64,000 bases of DNA from a virus. The position numbers and the translations under genes were made by a program. The notes beneath the pieces were generated by a model. It was not told the DNA's origin and did not search any database. It worked only from the letters and a program-made list of their open reading frames with translations. Position 1 is the stretch's first letter, and each line of letters opens with the position of its first letter. Shown here in pieces: positions 41,162 to 50,792 of this stretch. Where the stretch lies: IMG/VR virus record IMGVR_UViG_3300029787_000023, positions 6,215 to 70,214 of that record. The stretch is one strand, 5' to 3'.

Positions 41162-42148
41162 ATGCACAATGGCACAGCTACGCATCCGTCTGTCATGATC
41201 GCGTCTTACGGTAAGCCGAAGAAGCGTAAAACGTCAGATATGCTCGCCGCATTCCCCAAGGCTCTGTTCCTTGGTGTTCCCAGTGCAATCGCACTTGTCG
41301 CGCAGAATGAGCTCGGCTTTACGCCGGCCGTTCACCCCAACCCACCGAAGACTCTACCCGAACTCGTTAGTCTTCTTGAGCAGCTGGCTGCAAGTGACAT
41401 TGCGTCTCAGTACGGTGCGGTTGTAATCGACGACGCCAGCCACATCTGTAAGCACTCGATGCTGGTCTGGGAGTCTGAAGCTCCTGTAGGTCGAAGCGGT
41501 AAGAAAGACCGGTTCTGGACTTACCAGCAGCTAAACCGATATCTACTCGAGATGTCTGGTCTTGCGCGCCACCTGGGCGTTCACCTGGCCATGACTTTTC
41601 ATGAGCGTCAGCCCGGCTCCAACGCCGATGGCCGCTTCAGTCCTGGCGGACCTGACGTCCCTTCCCGAAACCAGACGGAGACGATTCCTTCTTGGTGCGA
41701 CATCAACGTTCGCGCCATGGTGGATCCCAGCTATCCTGACCCTTGGTTTCCTTCTGTTTATTACTGTGATCCTACCGACAGTGACTGGGTAACAGGCGAC
41801 CGGACTGGCGTATGCACCAAGCGTACTCCAGGCAATATCCGAGAGATCCTGCGTGCCAGCGAGTCCGATTATCGACTCGACCGAATCGATGGATTAGAGT
41901 GGCAGGACGATGTCGCGGAGGCCGTCTCTGAAGACGTTGCCGCTGGCGTCGATCCTCGCATCGTAGTTCAAGAGATTGCAGGCAAGGTTCAACAGAACCC
42001 TCTGCATCTCAGGTGGGCGTGCCAAGATGGTATCGCTCGCGGCGTCTTGCGGTTGACCAAGCAGCGTGGGTTGTTTGATTTTGCCGTCAATCAGGTCGAG
42101 GAACGGAAGAGCAGTGGAGTGCTGCCTCCTCCCCCTCCGACCACTTAA
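41162..42148 (+). CDS. Sak4-like (AAA_24) ATPase/recombinase
   Basis: YGKPKKRKTS Walker-A-like, VVIDDAS Walker B, MTFHE, IPSWCD. Lies between a nuclease and an SSB candidate, the usual Sak4 context. Confidence 0.7.
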   Translation: MHNGTATHPSVMIASYGKPKKRKTSDMLAAFPKALFLGVPSAIALVAQNELGFTPAVHPNPPKTLPELVSLLEQLAASDIASQYGAVVIDDASHICKHSMLVWESEAPVGRSGKKDRFWTYQQLNRYLLEMSGLARHLGVHLAMTFHERQPGSNADGRFSPGGPDVPSRNQTETIPSWCDINVRAMVDPSYPDPWFPSVYYCDPTDSDWVTGDRTGVCTKRTPGNIREILRASESDYRLDRIDGLEWQDDVAEAVSEDVAAGVDPRIVVQEIAGKVQQNPLHLRWACQDGIARGVLRLTKQRGLFDFAVNQVEERKSSGVLPPPPPTT

Positions 42149-42186
42149 CCGGGGCTCAAACCCCATCCTCAAGGAGAAAAAAGCTC

Positions 42187-42825
42187 ATGACTACATTCAT
42201 GATTCCTGGCAGTGCATTCAATGGCGTTACCGCTCTCGGTACCGCTCCACCCAAAGCTGGCTACTACGAAGTCAGCATCGTCGAGATCGAGAACAAGTCC
42301 AGCGACAAGTTCGGATCGCGTCGCTTCCACGTTCAGTTTCCCAACGGGTTCAAGATGTTCGACTTCGTTCATCTTCCATGGGACACGGACAACAATGGTC
42401 AGGCCGTTCAGGTTCCTGGTCTGTCTGAGAAGCAGGTTCGTGGGCGCACTGCTGCTCTTATCACCATCCTCCAGTCTCTGGGCTACTCCTATCAGGAGAT
42501 TACCGCAGCTCAGGGCATTCACGATGACTGGTTCCTCACCAGCAAGACCCAGCGAAAGGGATATGTTGAGTTCATTCCTGGTCAGCGTGGCGTGCAGGGC
42601 TCCTACAGTAACGTCAAGTCATGGGTATCTAAGGCTACCTACGACCAGCTGAAAGATACTGAGGTAGCCCAGCCTGCCGCTGCTGCTCCAGCAACGAACA
42701 ACAACCTCAACCTGCCGCCGGCTACAGCTACGATGGCTCCCATGCCCGCCAACGGAGCTGGAGCTCCCTCGGTTGGCGCTGCTCTGCCACCTCCCCCATC
42801 GGCAGCTCAGCAGATCGTCAGCTGA
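42187..42825 (+). CDS. Putative ssDNA-binding protein (DUF669-like)
   Basis: PPKAGYYEVSIVEIE N-terminus, YSNVKSW, Pro/Ala-rich tail; follows the Sak4-like gene. Confidence 0.55.
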   Translation: MTTFMIPGSAFNGVTALGTAPPKAGYYEVSIVEIENKSSDKFGSRRFHVQFPNGFKMFDFVHLPWDTDNNGQAVQVPGLSEKQVRGRTAALITILQSLGYSYQEITAAQGIHDDWFLTSKTQRKGYVEFIPGQRGVQGSYSNVKSWVSKATYDQLKDTEVAQPAAAAPATNNNLNLPPATATMAPMPANGAGAPSVGAALPPPPSAAQQIVS

Positions 42826-42882
42826 TCTTGAGGAGGCGCAGGGAGGCATGGCCTACAGATGCCTCACCCCCTTAGGAGTGTA

Positions 42883-45642
42883 ATGTTGCAACCTCTTGAA
42901 AAGCGATACGACCCACAAAGTTGTGGCGCTCGATGCGACATTTGCCCTCTCAGGAAGAATGGTGAACTATCGGATGACGAATGGTCACCAGTCCCTCCTG
43001 AGATACACAACGGAGCCACGACACTTGCTGTGACGGAAGCTCCCGGTCTTGAGGAGGTCGGAAGAGGCCGACCCCTCATAGGCCGTTCTGGTAGAGAGTG
43101 GGGCAATGCTCTACTCGCTATCGCTAAGAAGCGGCCAGACATCGATCTAACAAACGTCATTCTCTGCAGACCCCCAGGTCAACCATCTGGTGCGTGGACT
43201 CGCATGGAGAAGAAGCTTGATCAAATCAACAGACGGAGAAGCAAGGAGGGTAAAGACCCTCTACCTCACCCGGCTACATGCTGCCGACCTCGTCTGCTGA
43301 ACACAGCGTCCAGGTACCGTCACATCATCACTTTAGGTAAGACAGCGACACAAGCCCTGACAGGCACAAGCGCATCGATTCATGCGTCTCGAGGCGGCCC
43401 TGTATGGGTAGACGAGGAGTGGCGTATGGTGCCCAACAGAGGCGCCCACATGATCATGCCTACGCTGCATCCATCATTTGTCGTGCGCTCTCCCAGCTGG
43501 AGAAGCGTTCTTCATTCAGACTTAGCGAAGGGGTTTCGTTGGTTTGAGAATCGGCTGCGGTGGACTGACCCCGACATCTTATGGAGACCTACCCCTGATG
43601 AGCTTGTAGCGTGGTTGAGCCAAGCCGCGCCCTTTTGGTCATACGACGTCGAGACCGACGGCAAAGATGCTCTGGCCTGCCGATTACGCACCATAGCCAT
43701 CGCCACACCTGACCTCGACAAGATGGGCAAGGCAGCACGGGCAGAGATCTCAACAGTCTCCCAAGCAGTAGGCATCAGCATCCTGTCGGCAGATGGCGGA
43801 ACAAAGTTCTACTCGCAAGAAGACGAAGACGCGATCAAGCAGATACTCATGACTGCAATGACCGATGGTCGCGTATGGGTTGGACACAATGCCGGGTTCT
43901 TCGACCGCTTAGTCATAGAGCGTTGGCTTGGTATTGCTCCAGCTCCTTTGGTAGACACACTCTTCCCCACACGCTTTCGCGCACCAGACCTGCCCAAAGG
44001 ACTGAAGACGATCGGCTCCATCCTCACAGATGTAGAGCGCTGGGAGACGTCAGAGAAGGGCGTCAAGATCGCAACAGGTGCAACAGATGACGATGAGCTG
44101 TTGCGCTACAACATCGTCGACGCAGTGGTCAATGCTCGAATCGTTGTACCGCTCATTGATGCGTCATCGAATGCAGGCGCCTTCCGACCTCTCAACCAAG
44201 AGTTCAAGCCGCGAGGATGGGGCGAGGGTAAGCCTTGGAATCTGTTCGAGGTAGACCACAAGACTCAAGAGATGTGCCTTGAGATGCACCGCAACGGTGT
44301 GTGGGTGGATCAAAAGATTCGTATGGGTCTCGAAGTCGAATACACCGTCAGTATCGACAAGAGACGAAAGAAGCTGGACGAGATGGCTCGAAGCATCGGG
44401 CTGAAGAAGCTGGACATGAAGTCAGTCAACGATGACGGCTTCAACCCAGGATCTGCAGATCAGATACGCAATCTCTTCTACAACAAGTGGAAGCTGTCGA
44501 TTCCACCACACATGGAGTCTCGCGACTTCTTCACCGAGTCAGGACTACCCGGCACCGGCGATGCGGTACTTCGAGGTCATCTGTCCAACCCTGGTCTGTC
44601 GGCCGCGCAGAAAGCGTTTATCTACGAGCTGAGACTATACCGTCGAGAGAAGAACAAGATACTCGGTACAGTCCTTCTGCCTATGCAGAGAAGAGACGTC
44701 GACCCCAAGAAAGGTCTTGTATGGCAAGACGGTCGTGTTCGAAGCAACTGGAACGCACACACCACCAGTGTCGGACGCCTGAGCTCAAGCGGCCCCAACC
44801 TACAGAACATCGGTAACCGTAAGGGACAAGGCAGACTCAAGAGCATCTTCGCTGCACCACCAGGCCGCGCCTACATCGGGGCTGACCTCGATCAAGCCCA
44901 TCTTCGAATCACCGCAAGCTTCTGGCAGATCCCTCGTCTACTTGAGTGCTTCGTAGAGAACAAGGACCCACACAACCTGCTGGCCTATGACATCTTCGGC
45001 AGCAAGTTCAAGCATGCCGATGGTTGGGGGCCTGATGGGTTCAGCCTTCTCAAGAAGCCGATAGGCGGGCAGGCCAAAGCCATGCGAGACGTCATGAAGA
45101 CGTTCCGCTATGCATCTATCTACTGGGCCGACCCCAGTACAGTTTGGCAGGTCCTAACGTCAACAGAGACAAACGACGGCAAGCTGCCCTACTTGGACAT
45201 CGAGCCCAGAGAAGTCAGGCACTTTCACCAGCAGTGGTTGGAAGCTGAGCCTGAGTGGATGGACGCTTGGGGTCGAATGCTCGAGATTTACCGCGAACAA
45301 GGCTATATGGAAGAACCTGTCCTGGGTCGGCGATCCGGGAATTTGTCTGATGGAAAGAAAAATGAAGTCGTCAACTTCCCTGTGCTGGCCGCTGAAAGTT
45401 CACTCATGCGGCTGGCAGAACAAGAAATTATCTCTGCGTTCCCTTTCGGGTTCGCTGGCCCAGGAACAGGTCTTATCCACCAGTGTCACGACAGCGTCTG
45501 CATCGAAGTCCCTGATGAGGGGGAAGAGCAGCTGGAGAAGTGGAGACAGCAAGTTGAAGAGTGTATGACCCTGACCATACCTGGCTGGGAAGTTGTACTC
45601 ACATCAGAAGCCGATATAGGCAAAAACTTAAAGGAGGTCTAA
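42883..45642 (+). CDS. Family A DNA polymerase with N-terminal family-4 uracil-DNA glycosylase-like domain and 3'-5' exonuclease
   Basis: UDG: CARCDICPL, EAPGLEE...PLIGRSG, TNVILCRPP, TLGKTA, TLHPS. Exonuclease: YDVET, GHNAGFFD, YNIVD. Polymerase: GRLSSSGPNLQNI, DLDQAHLR, RDVMKTFRYASIY, HQCHDS. AGGAG RBS before ATG 42883. Confidence 0.93.
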   Translation: MLQPLEKRYDPQSCGARCDICPLRKNGELSDDEWSPVPPEIHNGATTLAVTEAPGLEEVGRGRPLIGRSGREWGNALLAIAKKRPDIDLTNVILCRPPGQPSGAWTRMEKKLDQINRRRSKEGKDPLPHPATCCRPRLLNTASRYRHIITLGKTATQALTGTSASIHASRGGPVWVDEEWRMVPNRGAHMIMPTLHPSFVVRSPSWRSVLHSDLAKGFRWFENRLRWTDPDILWRPTPDELVAWLSQAAPFWSYDVETDGKDALACRLRTIAIATPDLDKMGKAARAEISTVSQAVGISILSADGGTKFYSQEDEDAIKQILMTAMTDGRVWVGHNAGFFDRLVIERWLGIAPAPLVDTLFPTRFRAPDLPKGLKTIGSILTDVERWETSEKGVKIATGATDDDELLRYNIVDAVVNARIVVPLIDASSNAGAFRPLNQEFKPRGWGEGKPWNLFEVDHKTQEMCLEMHRNGVWVDQKIRMGLEVEYTVSIDKRRKKLDEMARSIGLKKLDMKSVNDDGFNPGSADQIRNLFYNKWKLSIPPHMESRDFFTESGLPGTGDAVLRGHLSNPGLSAAQKAFIYELRLYRREKNKILGTVLLPMQRRDVDPKKGLVWQDGRVRSNWNAHTTSVGRLSSSGPNLQNIGNRKGQGRLKSIFAAPPGRAYIGADLDQAHLRITASFWQIPRLLECFVENKDPHNLLAYDIFGSKFKHADGWGPDGFSLLKKPIGGQAKAMRDVMKTFRYASIYWADPSTVWQVLTSTETNDGKLPYLDIEPREVRHFHQQWLEAEPEWMDAWGRMLEIYREQGYMEEPVLGRRSGNLSDGKKNEVVNFPVLAAESSLMRLAEQEIISAFPFGFAGPGTGLIHQCHDSVCIEVPDEGEEQLEKWRQQVEECMTLTIPGWEVVLTSEADIGKNLKEV

Positions 45643-46067
45643 TGCAGGCCGCGAAATGGTTCTTGGCGCATAGCCGACAAGATGACGTGTCTGACATCGC
45701 TGAATGGTCACAGACTTTACTGGGTCAGCTAAACCTACCTGACTGGAGTGTGGAAGTCATACCCGGCAGAGACGACTTTCAGTCTCGTGCTTCAGCTCTT
45801 GGAGGCTGGAAAGCATGGTGCAATGACGTACCTCACGGTTGCAACTATGATGGCTCACCTATGTTTCATGGCGTAGTGGTGCCTTTAGACATCGAAGCTG
45901 AGACGCCGGTTGTAGGTCGCGCCACCGCGTCGATCATACAAGGATTCCTTGAAGAGCATAAACATGTGTTTGCTTGGTGCCCTGGTACACACCGGTTTAA
46001 ACAAATCACTGCGCTGGAAGACACCAACGTTGACAACTGGAAAGGCTGGTCGGCGGTCATTTTTTGA
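45642..46067 (+). CDS. Hypothetical protein (possible flavodoxin-like NDT/TIR fold)
   Basis: TAATG-coupled to the polymerase; WFLAHS...VIPG...GVVV...KHVFAW strand pattern. Confidence 0.65.
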   Translation: MQAAKWFLAHSRQDDVSDIAEWSQTLLGQLNLPDWSVEVIPGRDDFQSRASALGGWKAWCNDVPHGCNYDGSPMFHGVVVPLDIEAETPVVGRATASIIQGFLEEHKHVFAWCPGTHRFKQITALEDTNVDNWKGWSAVIF

Positions 46068-46133
46068 CCTTGACCGCTAAATGTAGGGTAGTTATTATAC
46101 CGCCACGGAAACCCTGAACCCGTAGGAGAAACC

Positions 46134-47891
46134 ATGAAACAGGAAAAGCCCTGGATTAAAAAGATCGAGAGCAACGTCAAGAGTCCGACCGGCGACATAT
46201 GGAATGTCGAGATCGGCAAGCACACGCTTCTCGTTGGATCAAACACATCACACAAGAGCGCTGTCACTCAGTCTCTTGAGCTCGCACTAAGTGCGGCTGC
46301 AGACGACATCGTTAATCGCAACGAAGTCAAGGACGGTGCGCTTCTCATGAGCCTGTCGCCCAGCGACTATCTTGAGTGTACGGCCGTCATCAACGACGGT
46401 ACCGAGGCGTACTACCGACTCGAGTCAGAGAAGGGCAAGGTCGGCCGCCCCAAGCATGACACTGAAGTTGACTGCAGTATGTCTCTGCCTCTACGTCTCG
46501 TACGCAAAGCGCTTGCTGGTAGCTCAACTACTGCACGCAAGTCCTTTGTTCTGTGGGCCGCACAGAACGCAGACCGAGAGGATGTGCTTGCGCAGATACC
46601 TGCTAACTATCATGCACGCTATGAAGATCTGGCCGAGCACATCGGGCGCAACCTGTCTGAGATCGAGACCTTGATCGCGGTCACCGACTACACAAGCAAG
46701 TCTCAAAGAGACAGCGCCAAAGAGGTCAAGGGTGCCGAAGCTGTCTTCGACAAGCTGCGCGGCGATCTGGACGAGCGCCCCTCCGACACTGAGATGTACC
46801 ACTTCTCCGAGGAGGTCAAGCGTCTGCAAGCGTTACTGGTCGCGTCCGCGGCCGGTCCGACAGACCCCAACCTCAAGCGCATTCAAGCGAACAAGTACGT
46901 GCTGGACTGGGCTGTTGAAGAAGACATGAGCAGCTGCCCCAGCTGCAGTAGCGAAGTCGGGCACAGTCACTTGGTTGCGTGCGCTGACTATTACGGTAAC
47001 GCAGAGCGAGGCACGATCGCACAACTCGAGGCCGAGTCTACGCAGTCGTCTGACATGGAAGCCATCAAGCATCAGCTGAATGTGGCTGAGTCCAAGCTGT
47101 CGATGATGATCGCTGCTGCAGGCAAGTGGGACACAGTCATGCAAGCCAAGGAGACTGCACTGTCCATGAAGCAGCAGGTCGAGAGGTACAAGGAGATGAA
47201 GAAGATCTGCGAAGATGCAGTGGGTCATCTTGTCCGCGTATTCGGTAAGACCTTCTCAGATGGCGTCAGTCGCTTCCTGCCTGATGGCTGGGACTTCGGT
47301 ATCGAACTCGAGGATCAAGGCCGTGATGTGTTCCGCATGGGCCTCAGAAGAAACGACAAGCTGTGCTGCGCTTTGTCAGGTGCCGAGTGGGCTGCAGTCA
47401 CAACTGCGATTGCTATGCAGATGTCTACGCCAAGTGACGCACCTTCTGTGTTGATCCCTGAGGATCGTGCCTGGGATGGCTCGACCCTGTCTGCTGTGAT
47501 GCGGGCATTCTCCAAGTACGACGGTCAGGTTCTCATGGCGAGCACCATTCGCCCCAAGGGTCGCAGCCCGAAGAACTGGACCATCATCGACATGGACAAG
47601 TGGTTGGAGGAGCAGATCGAGGGAAAGCCTGAAGAGGAAGAGCTGGAGTTGGGGCAAGCTCCGTCTGAGTTCGTTCCGCGCACCAACGTGACGAGTACCT
47701 ACGCGATTCGAGTCTTACACGGACTCGGATATTTGGACGAGCAGATCAATGCGATGCAGGCCGAAGCTGCTGCAAAGATCATTAGCGGGGGGCATTTAGC
47801 CTCTTGCACTGAAATCTTAGCTGACGGAAACTTCCAAGTAATCGAAGCCGGTAACTTGGTGCCGCTTCCAAAGGCTACTCAGTTCAAATGA
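46134..47891 (+). CDS. SbcC/Rad50-like coiled-coil ABC ATPase
   Basis: LLVGSNTSHKS Walker-A-like, coiled coil with central CPSC zinc hook, LSGAE signature, LIPEDRAWD divergent Walker B/D-loop. Confidence 0.75.
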   Translation: MKQEKPWIKKIESNVKSPTGDIWNVEIGKHTLLVGSNTSHKSAVTQSLELALSAAADDIVNRNEVKDGALLMSLSPSDYLECTAVINDGTEAYYRLESEKGKVGRPKHDTEVDCSMSLPLRLVRKALAGSSTTARKSFVLWAAQNADREDVLAQIPANYHARYEDLAEHIGRNLSEIETLIAVTDYTSKSQRDSAKEVKGAEAVFDKLRGDLDERPSDTEMYHFSEEVKRLQALLVASAAGPTDPNLKRIQANKYVLDWAVEEDMSSCPSCSSEVGHSHLVACADYYGNAERGTIAQLEAESTQSSDMEAIKHQLNVAESKLSMMIAAAGKWDTVMQAKETALSMKQQVERYKEMKKICEDAVGHLVRVFGKTFSDGVSRFLPDGWDFGIELEDQGRDVFRMGLRRNDKLCCALSGAEWAAVTTAIAMQMSTPSDAPSVLIPEDRAWDGSTLSAVMRAFSKYDGQVLMASTIRPKGRSPKNWTIIDMDKWLEEQIEGKPEEEELELGQAPSEFVPRTNVTSTYAIRVLHGLGYLDEQINAMQAEAAAKIISGGHLASCTEILADGNFQVIEAGNLVPLPKATQFK

Positions 47892-48109
47892 AATGTCCTC
47901 GCTGCGACAGCAAGACCCGTGTGACTTCCAGCCGGACGGCGTTTACGCCACAAGGTTGTAAGTCGGCGGGTTTGGCTAAGCGAGCCGTATCATGGTTTAC
48001 TGAAGACTGGGTGTCTCGCGTGCGCTGTTGCACCAAATGCAACTGGAGAGACTACACAGTTGAGATATGTATAGACGACTTGAAGTCAGGCTGGAAGCGC
48101 AAAGCTTGA
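47888..48109 (+). CDS. NrdR N-terminal-like zinc-ribbon protein
   Basis: MKCPRCDSKTRVTSSR...RVRCCTKCNWRDYTVE. Confidence 0.75.
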   Translation: MKCPRCDSKTRVTSSRTAFTPQGCKSAGLAKRAVSWFTEDWVSRVRCCTKCNWRDYTVEICIDDLKSGWKRKA

Positions 48110-48216
48110 CACGTACCCTGCAACCTCGATAGATTGGGTGAAGCCATGCTGCATCTCCTATCGGTTTGGCTCAGGGTTTAGGCGTCGTCCGTCTGCTTAG
48201 TCGGGCGGCGTCTTTT
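48106..48216 (+). ncRNA. Candidate small RNA of about 75 nt, with its promoter and intrinsic terminator
   Basis: TTGACA(48106)-N18-TAGATT(48130). Hairpin aggcgtcgtccg/cgggcggcgtct plus ttt at 48180-48216. The 5' part is complementary to leaders of upstream genes. Confidence 0.5.
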
Positions 48217-48259
48217 GCTTACGGGATATGAACAATGCTGACCACATCGGAGATGGACA

Positions 48260-50323
48260 ATGACAGTCATGGGAGTGACACAAGAAACTAACGACATTTT
48301 GAGCGGCCTCCTTGAAGCGGTGAAGAGTGCGGACAATGATGCCAAGAAGCAAGCATGGGCAGGCGTGCAAGACCCTGACGTGCTCGACGCACTGGCAGAC
48401 GAATGGAAGAAAGACAGTGAGCGTATCAGCACCATGCTGTCTACGATCGAGTCTGTACCGGGCCAAGTAAACAAGGCAAGGAACCTTCGCTCTGCAATCA
48501 AGCGTCTCGCAGACGAGCGCATGCAGAAGATCATCGAGTCTCAAGTGACTATGATGGAGCAGGAGCTCTTGGCTCTCTGTACGATGAGCGCGGCTCTCGG
48601 AGCCAGTTCTCCTCCAGCTACCGTCATCGAGAAGTCGGTGCTCGATATGCTGCGCGTACCGAGAGGCTATGAGATCGACGTCTCTGGCGTATACAAGCTG
48701 AGCGCAGGAATGGACGGAGACATCAGCAGAAGTCGAGTGGCTCCAGCTCCTATCTTTATATCGGGCCGGACCATCGATGTGCTCACCGGAGAAGCGAAGC
48801 GACAGGTTGTCTGGCGCGGCCCCGCCGGATGGTGCTCCAGAGTGATCGACCGCCGGACGATCTTAGACACCTCGCGGATCATGGCACTGGCAGACCTCGA
48901 AGCGCCGGTCAGCAGCAACCACATCTCACAGGTTGTCTCCTACCTTGCTGACTTCGAAGCGGAAAACAACCACCGCTTCCCTGCGGTACAGTCGGCGTCC
49001 CGCATGGGGTGGCTACCAGATGGCGGTTTCCTTTTACCGGACAAACACTATACGACAGATCAAAAGCCATCTTCGTTCGCGTTGACCGCACCTCCAGGAC
49101 TGGAGACCATCTCGCAAGGATGGAAGAGCAAGGGTTCTTGGTCCGAGTGGAAAGTCGCGATCGAGAACGTACTCGAGTATCCGTACATGATGATCGCCAT
49201 CTATGCTTCAGCCGCAGCCCCCATCCTCGAAGTACTGAAGCTACCCGGCTTCGTCGTGGACTTCAGCGGTGAGACTTCGGGCGGTAAGACTACGGCGCTT
49301 CGATTGGCTGCGTCTGTGTGGGGTAAGCCTTCTGACAGCTACCCCACGGCTATGTACAGCTGGGATGCCACCAAGGTCTGGATCGAGCGTACTACCGGAT
49401 ACCTGCACAGCCTGCCCCTCATCCTCGACGAGACCAAGCGAGTTCGTCACCCCCGGATGATCCGTGACGTCATCTACGACTTCTGCCAAGGTCAGGGTCG
49501 CGGTCGAGGTAACCCGGATGGCACGCGTCGTATCGAGTCTTGGCGCACCGTGCTCATCAGTTCTGGAGAAGGTGCTGCGACCTCGTTCAGCCAAGACGCA
49601 GGTACGCGAGCTCGGGTTCTCAGCCTCAAGGGCAAGCCTTTGGGAGATGATCCCAGAGCAGGCGGCAAGATGAGTGAGAACTTGCAGGTCGACCTGGCAG
49701 GCACCTATGGTCACCTGGGTCGGCGCATCATCGAATACTTGGTCGGCAACCAAAAGAGCCATGACCGCATTCGTGAGATCTTCCGCAACTCGAGAGATGG
49801 TTACGCGGCTATCGCTAAGACTGCTGTGGCTCGACGTCACGCGGCTCACTTGGCTGCACTCGACGTCGCAGCTACTATCGTCCATCAGATGGGTATACCC
49901 AAGCCTGTAGAAGATCCCTTCGCGCACTTGATCGAGAGTGCCTTCGCTGCAGGAGAAGACGCAGACAGGCCACTGTCAGCCATGCAGGACTTAGTCAGCT
50001 GGTGTGCCGCCAACCAAGCACGATTCTATGGTCGACATGATACGTCTTCGATGGGCATCGCTCGGGTACCGCACTCGGGATGGGGTGGAAGCTGGAGCGG
50101 CAAAGACGACTGGGACTACATCGCAGTCACAGCACTGACTATCCGAGAAGTACTCAAGGAGCTGGGCTACCACCCAGAAGAACTCCTCACTCGATGGGAC
50201 GAGCGTGAGTGGTTGTACCGTGGCCGCGGTCGAAACAGGACTCGAGTGGTGCGCGTGGATGGTGTATCGATTCGTTGCTACTGCATCAAGAGAAGCACTG
50301 CAGACCTGGCATTGGAAGACTGA
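48260..50323 (+). CDS. DUF927-domain replicative helicase/ATPase
   Basis: SASRMGW, FSGETSGGKTTAL, SVWG, PLILDE, GQGRGR, WRTVLISSGE, TYGHLGR, and a C-terminal winged-helix-like region. Confidence 0.85.
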   Translation: MTVMGVTQETNDILSGLLEAVKSADNDAKKQAWAGVQDPDVLDALADEWKKDSERISTMLSTIESVPGQVNKARNLRSAIKRLADERMQKIIESQVTMMEQELLALCTMSAALGASSPPATVIEKSVLDMLRVPRGYEIDVSGVYKLSAGMDGDISRSRVAPAPIFISGRTIDVLTGEAKRQVVWRGPAGWCSRVIDRRTILDTSRIMALADLEAPVSSNHISQVVSYLADFEAENNHRFPAVQSASRMGWLPDGGFLLPDKHYTTDQKPSSFALTAPPGLETISQGWKSKGSWSEWKVAIENVLEYPYMMIAIYASAAAPILEVLKLPGFVVDFSGETSGGKTTALRLAASVWGKPSDSYPTAMYSWDATKVWIERTTGYLHSLPLILDETKRVRHPRMIRDVIYDFCQGQGRGRGNPDGTRRIESWRTVLISSGEGAATSFSQDAGTRARVLSLKGKPLGDDPRAGGKMSENLQVDLAGTYGHLGRRIIEYLVGNQKSHDRIREIFRNSRDGYAAIAKTAVARRHAAHLAALDVAATIVHQMGIPKPVEDPFAHLIESAFAAGEDADRPLSAMQDLVSWCAANQARFYGRHDTSSMGIARVPHSGWGGSWSGKDDWDYIAVTALTIREVLKELGYHPEELLTRWDEREWLYRGRGRNRTRVVRVDGVSIRCYCIKRSTADLALED

Positions 50324-50604
50324 TGGCAGACCCCCAGGAGATACTCGAGTGGATCGGTCAGATCGAGTGCGATGCGCTCCGTCTTGAGCCTGCAGAGTTC
50401 TACGATCCATTCATCCTGGGTGTGGCCTATCGATGTCATACAGGACCGCTACTGGTCTATGACATGCCTGCGATACTCGAGGCCCATGTCAAAGAAGGCA
50501 TGACCTACACAGAGGCAGAGGAGTACTTCAACTTCAACACACTGGGCGCATGGGTCGGAGAAGGCACACCTATATTCCTTGACACCTCACCCGGAGACAG
50601 CTGA
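50323..50604 (+). CDS. Conserved phage hypothetical protein
   Basis: ILGV...LVYD...GMTYTEAEEYFNFNTLGAWVGEGTPIF pattern recalled from aquatic phages. Confidence 0.75.
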   Translation: MADPQEILEWIGQIECDALRLEPAEFYDPFILGVAYRCHTGPLLVYDMPAILEAHVKEGMTYTEAEEYFNFNTLGAWVGEGTPIFLDTSPGDS

Positions 50605-50792
50605 TGCCGATCTACGAGTACCAGTGCCCCGTCTGTAAGAAGAAGCGAGAGATGCTTCAACGCATGAGCGACGCAAAGGCTCCTGTGTGTGAGCCCTGCG
50701 CCAAGAAGATGACGCGGCTGATCTCAAGCACCAGCTTCTCTCTGAAGGGCGACGGTTGGTACAAGGACGGCTACGGGCTCAGGAGCGAATGA
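50604..50792 (+). CDS. FmdB-family zinc-ribbon protein
   Basis: MPIYEYQCPVC...CEPC...RLISSTSFSLKGDGWYKDGY. Confidence 0.88.
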   Translation: MPIYEYQCPVCKKKREMLQRMSDAKAPVCEPCAKKMTRLISSTSFSLKGDGWYKDGYGLRSE

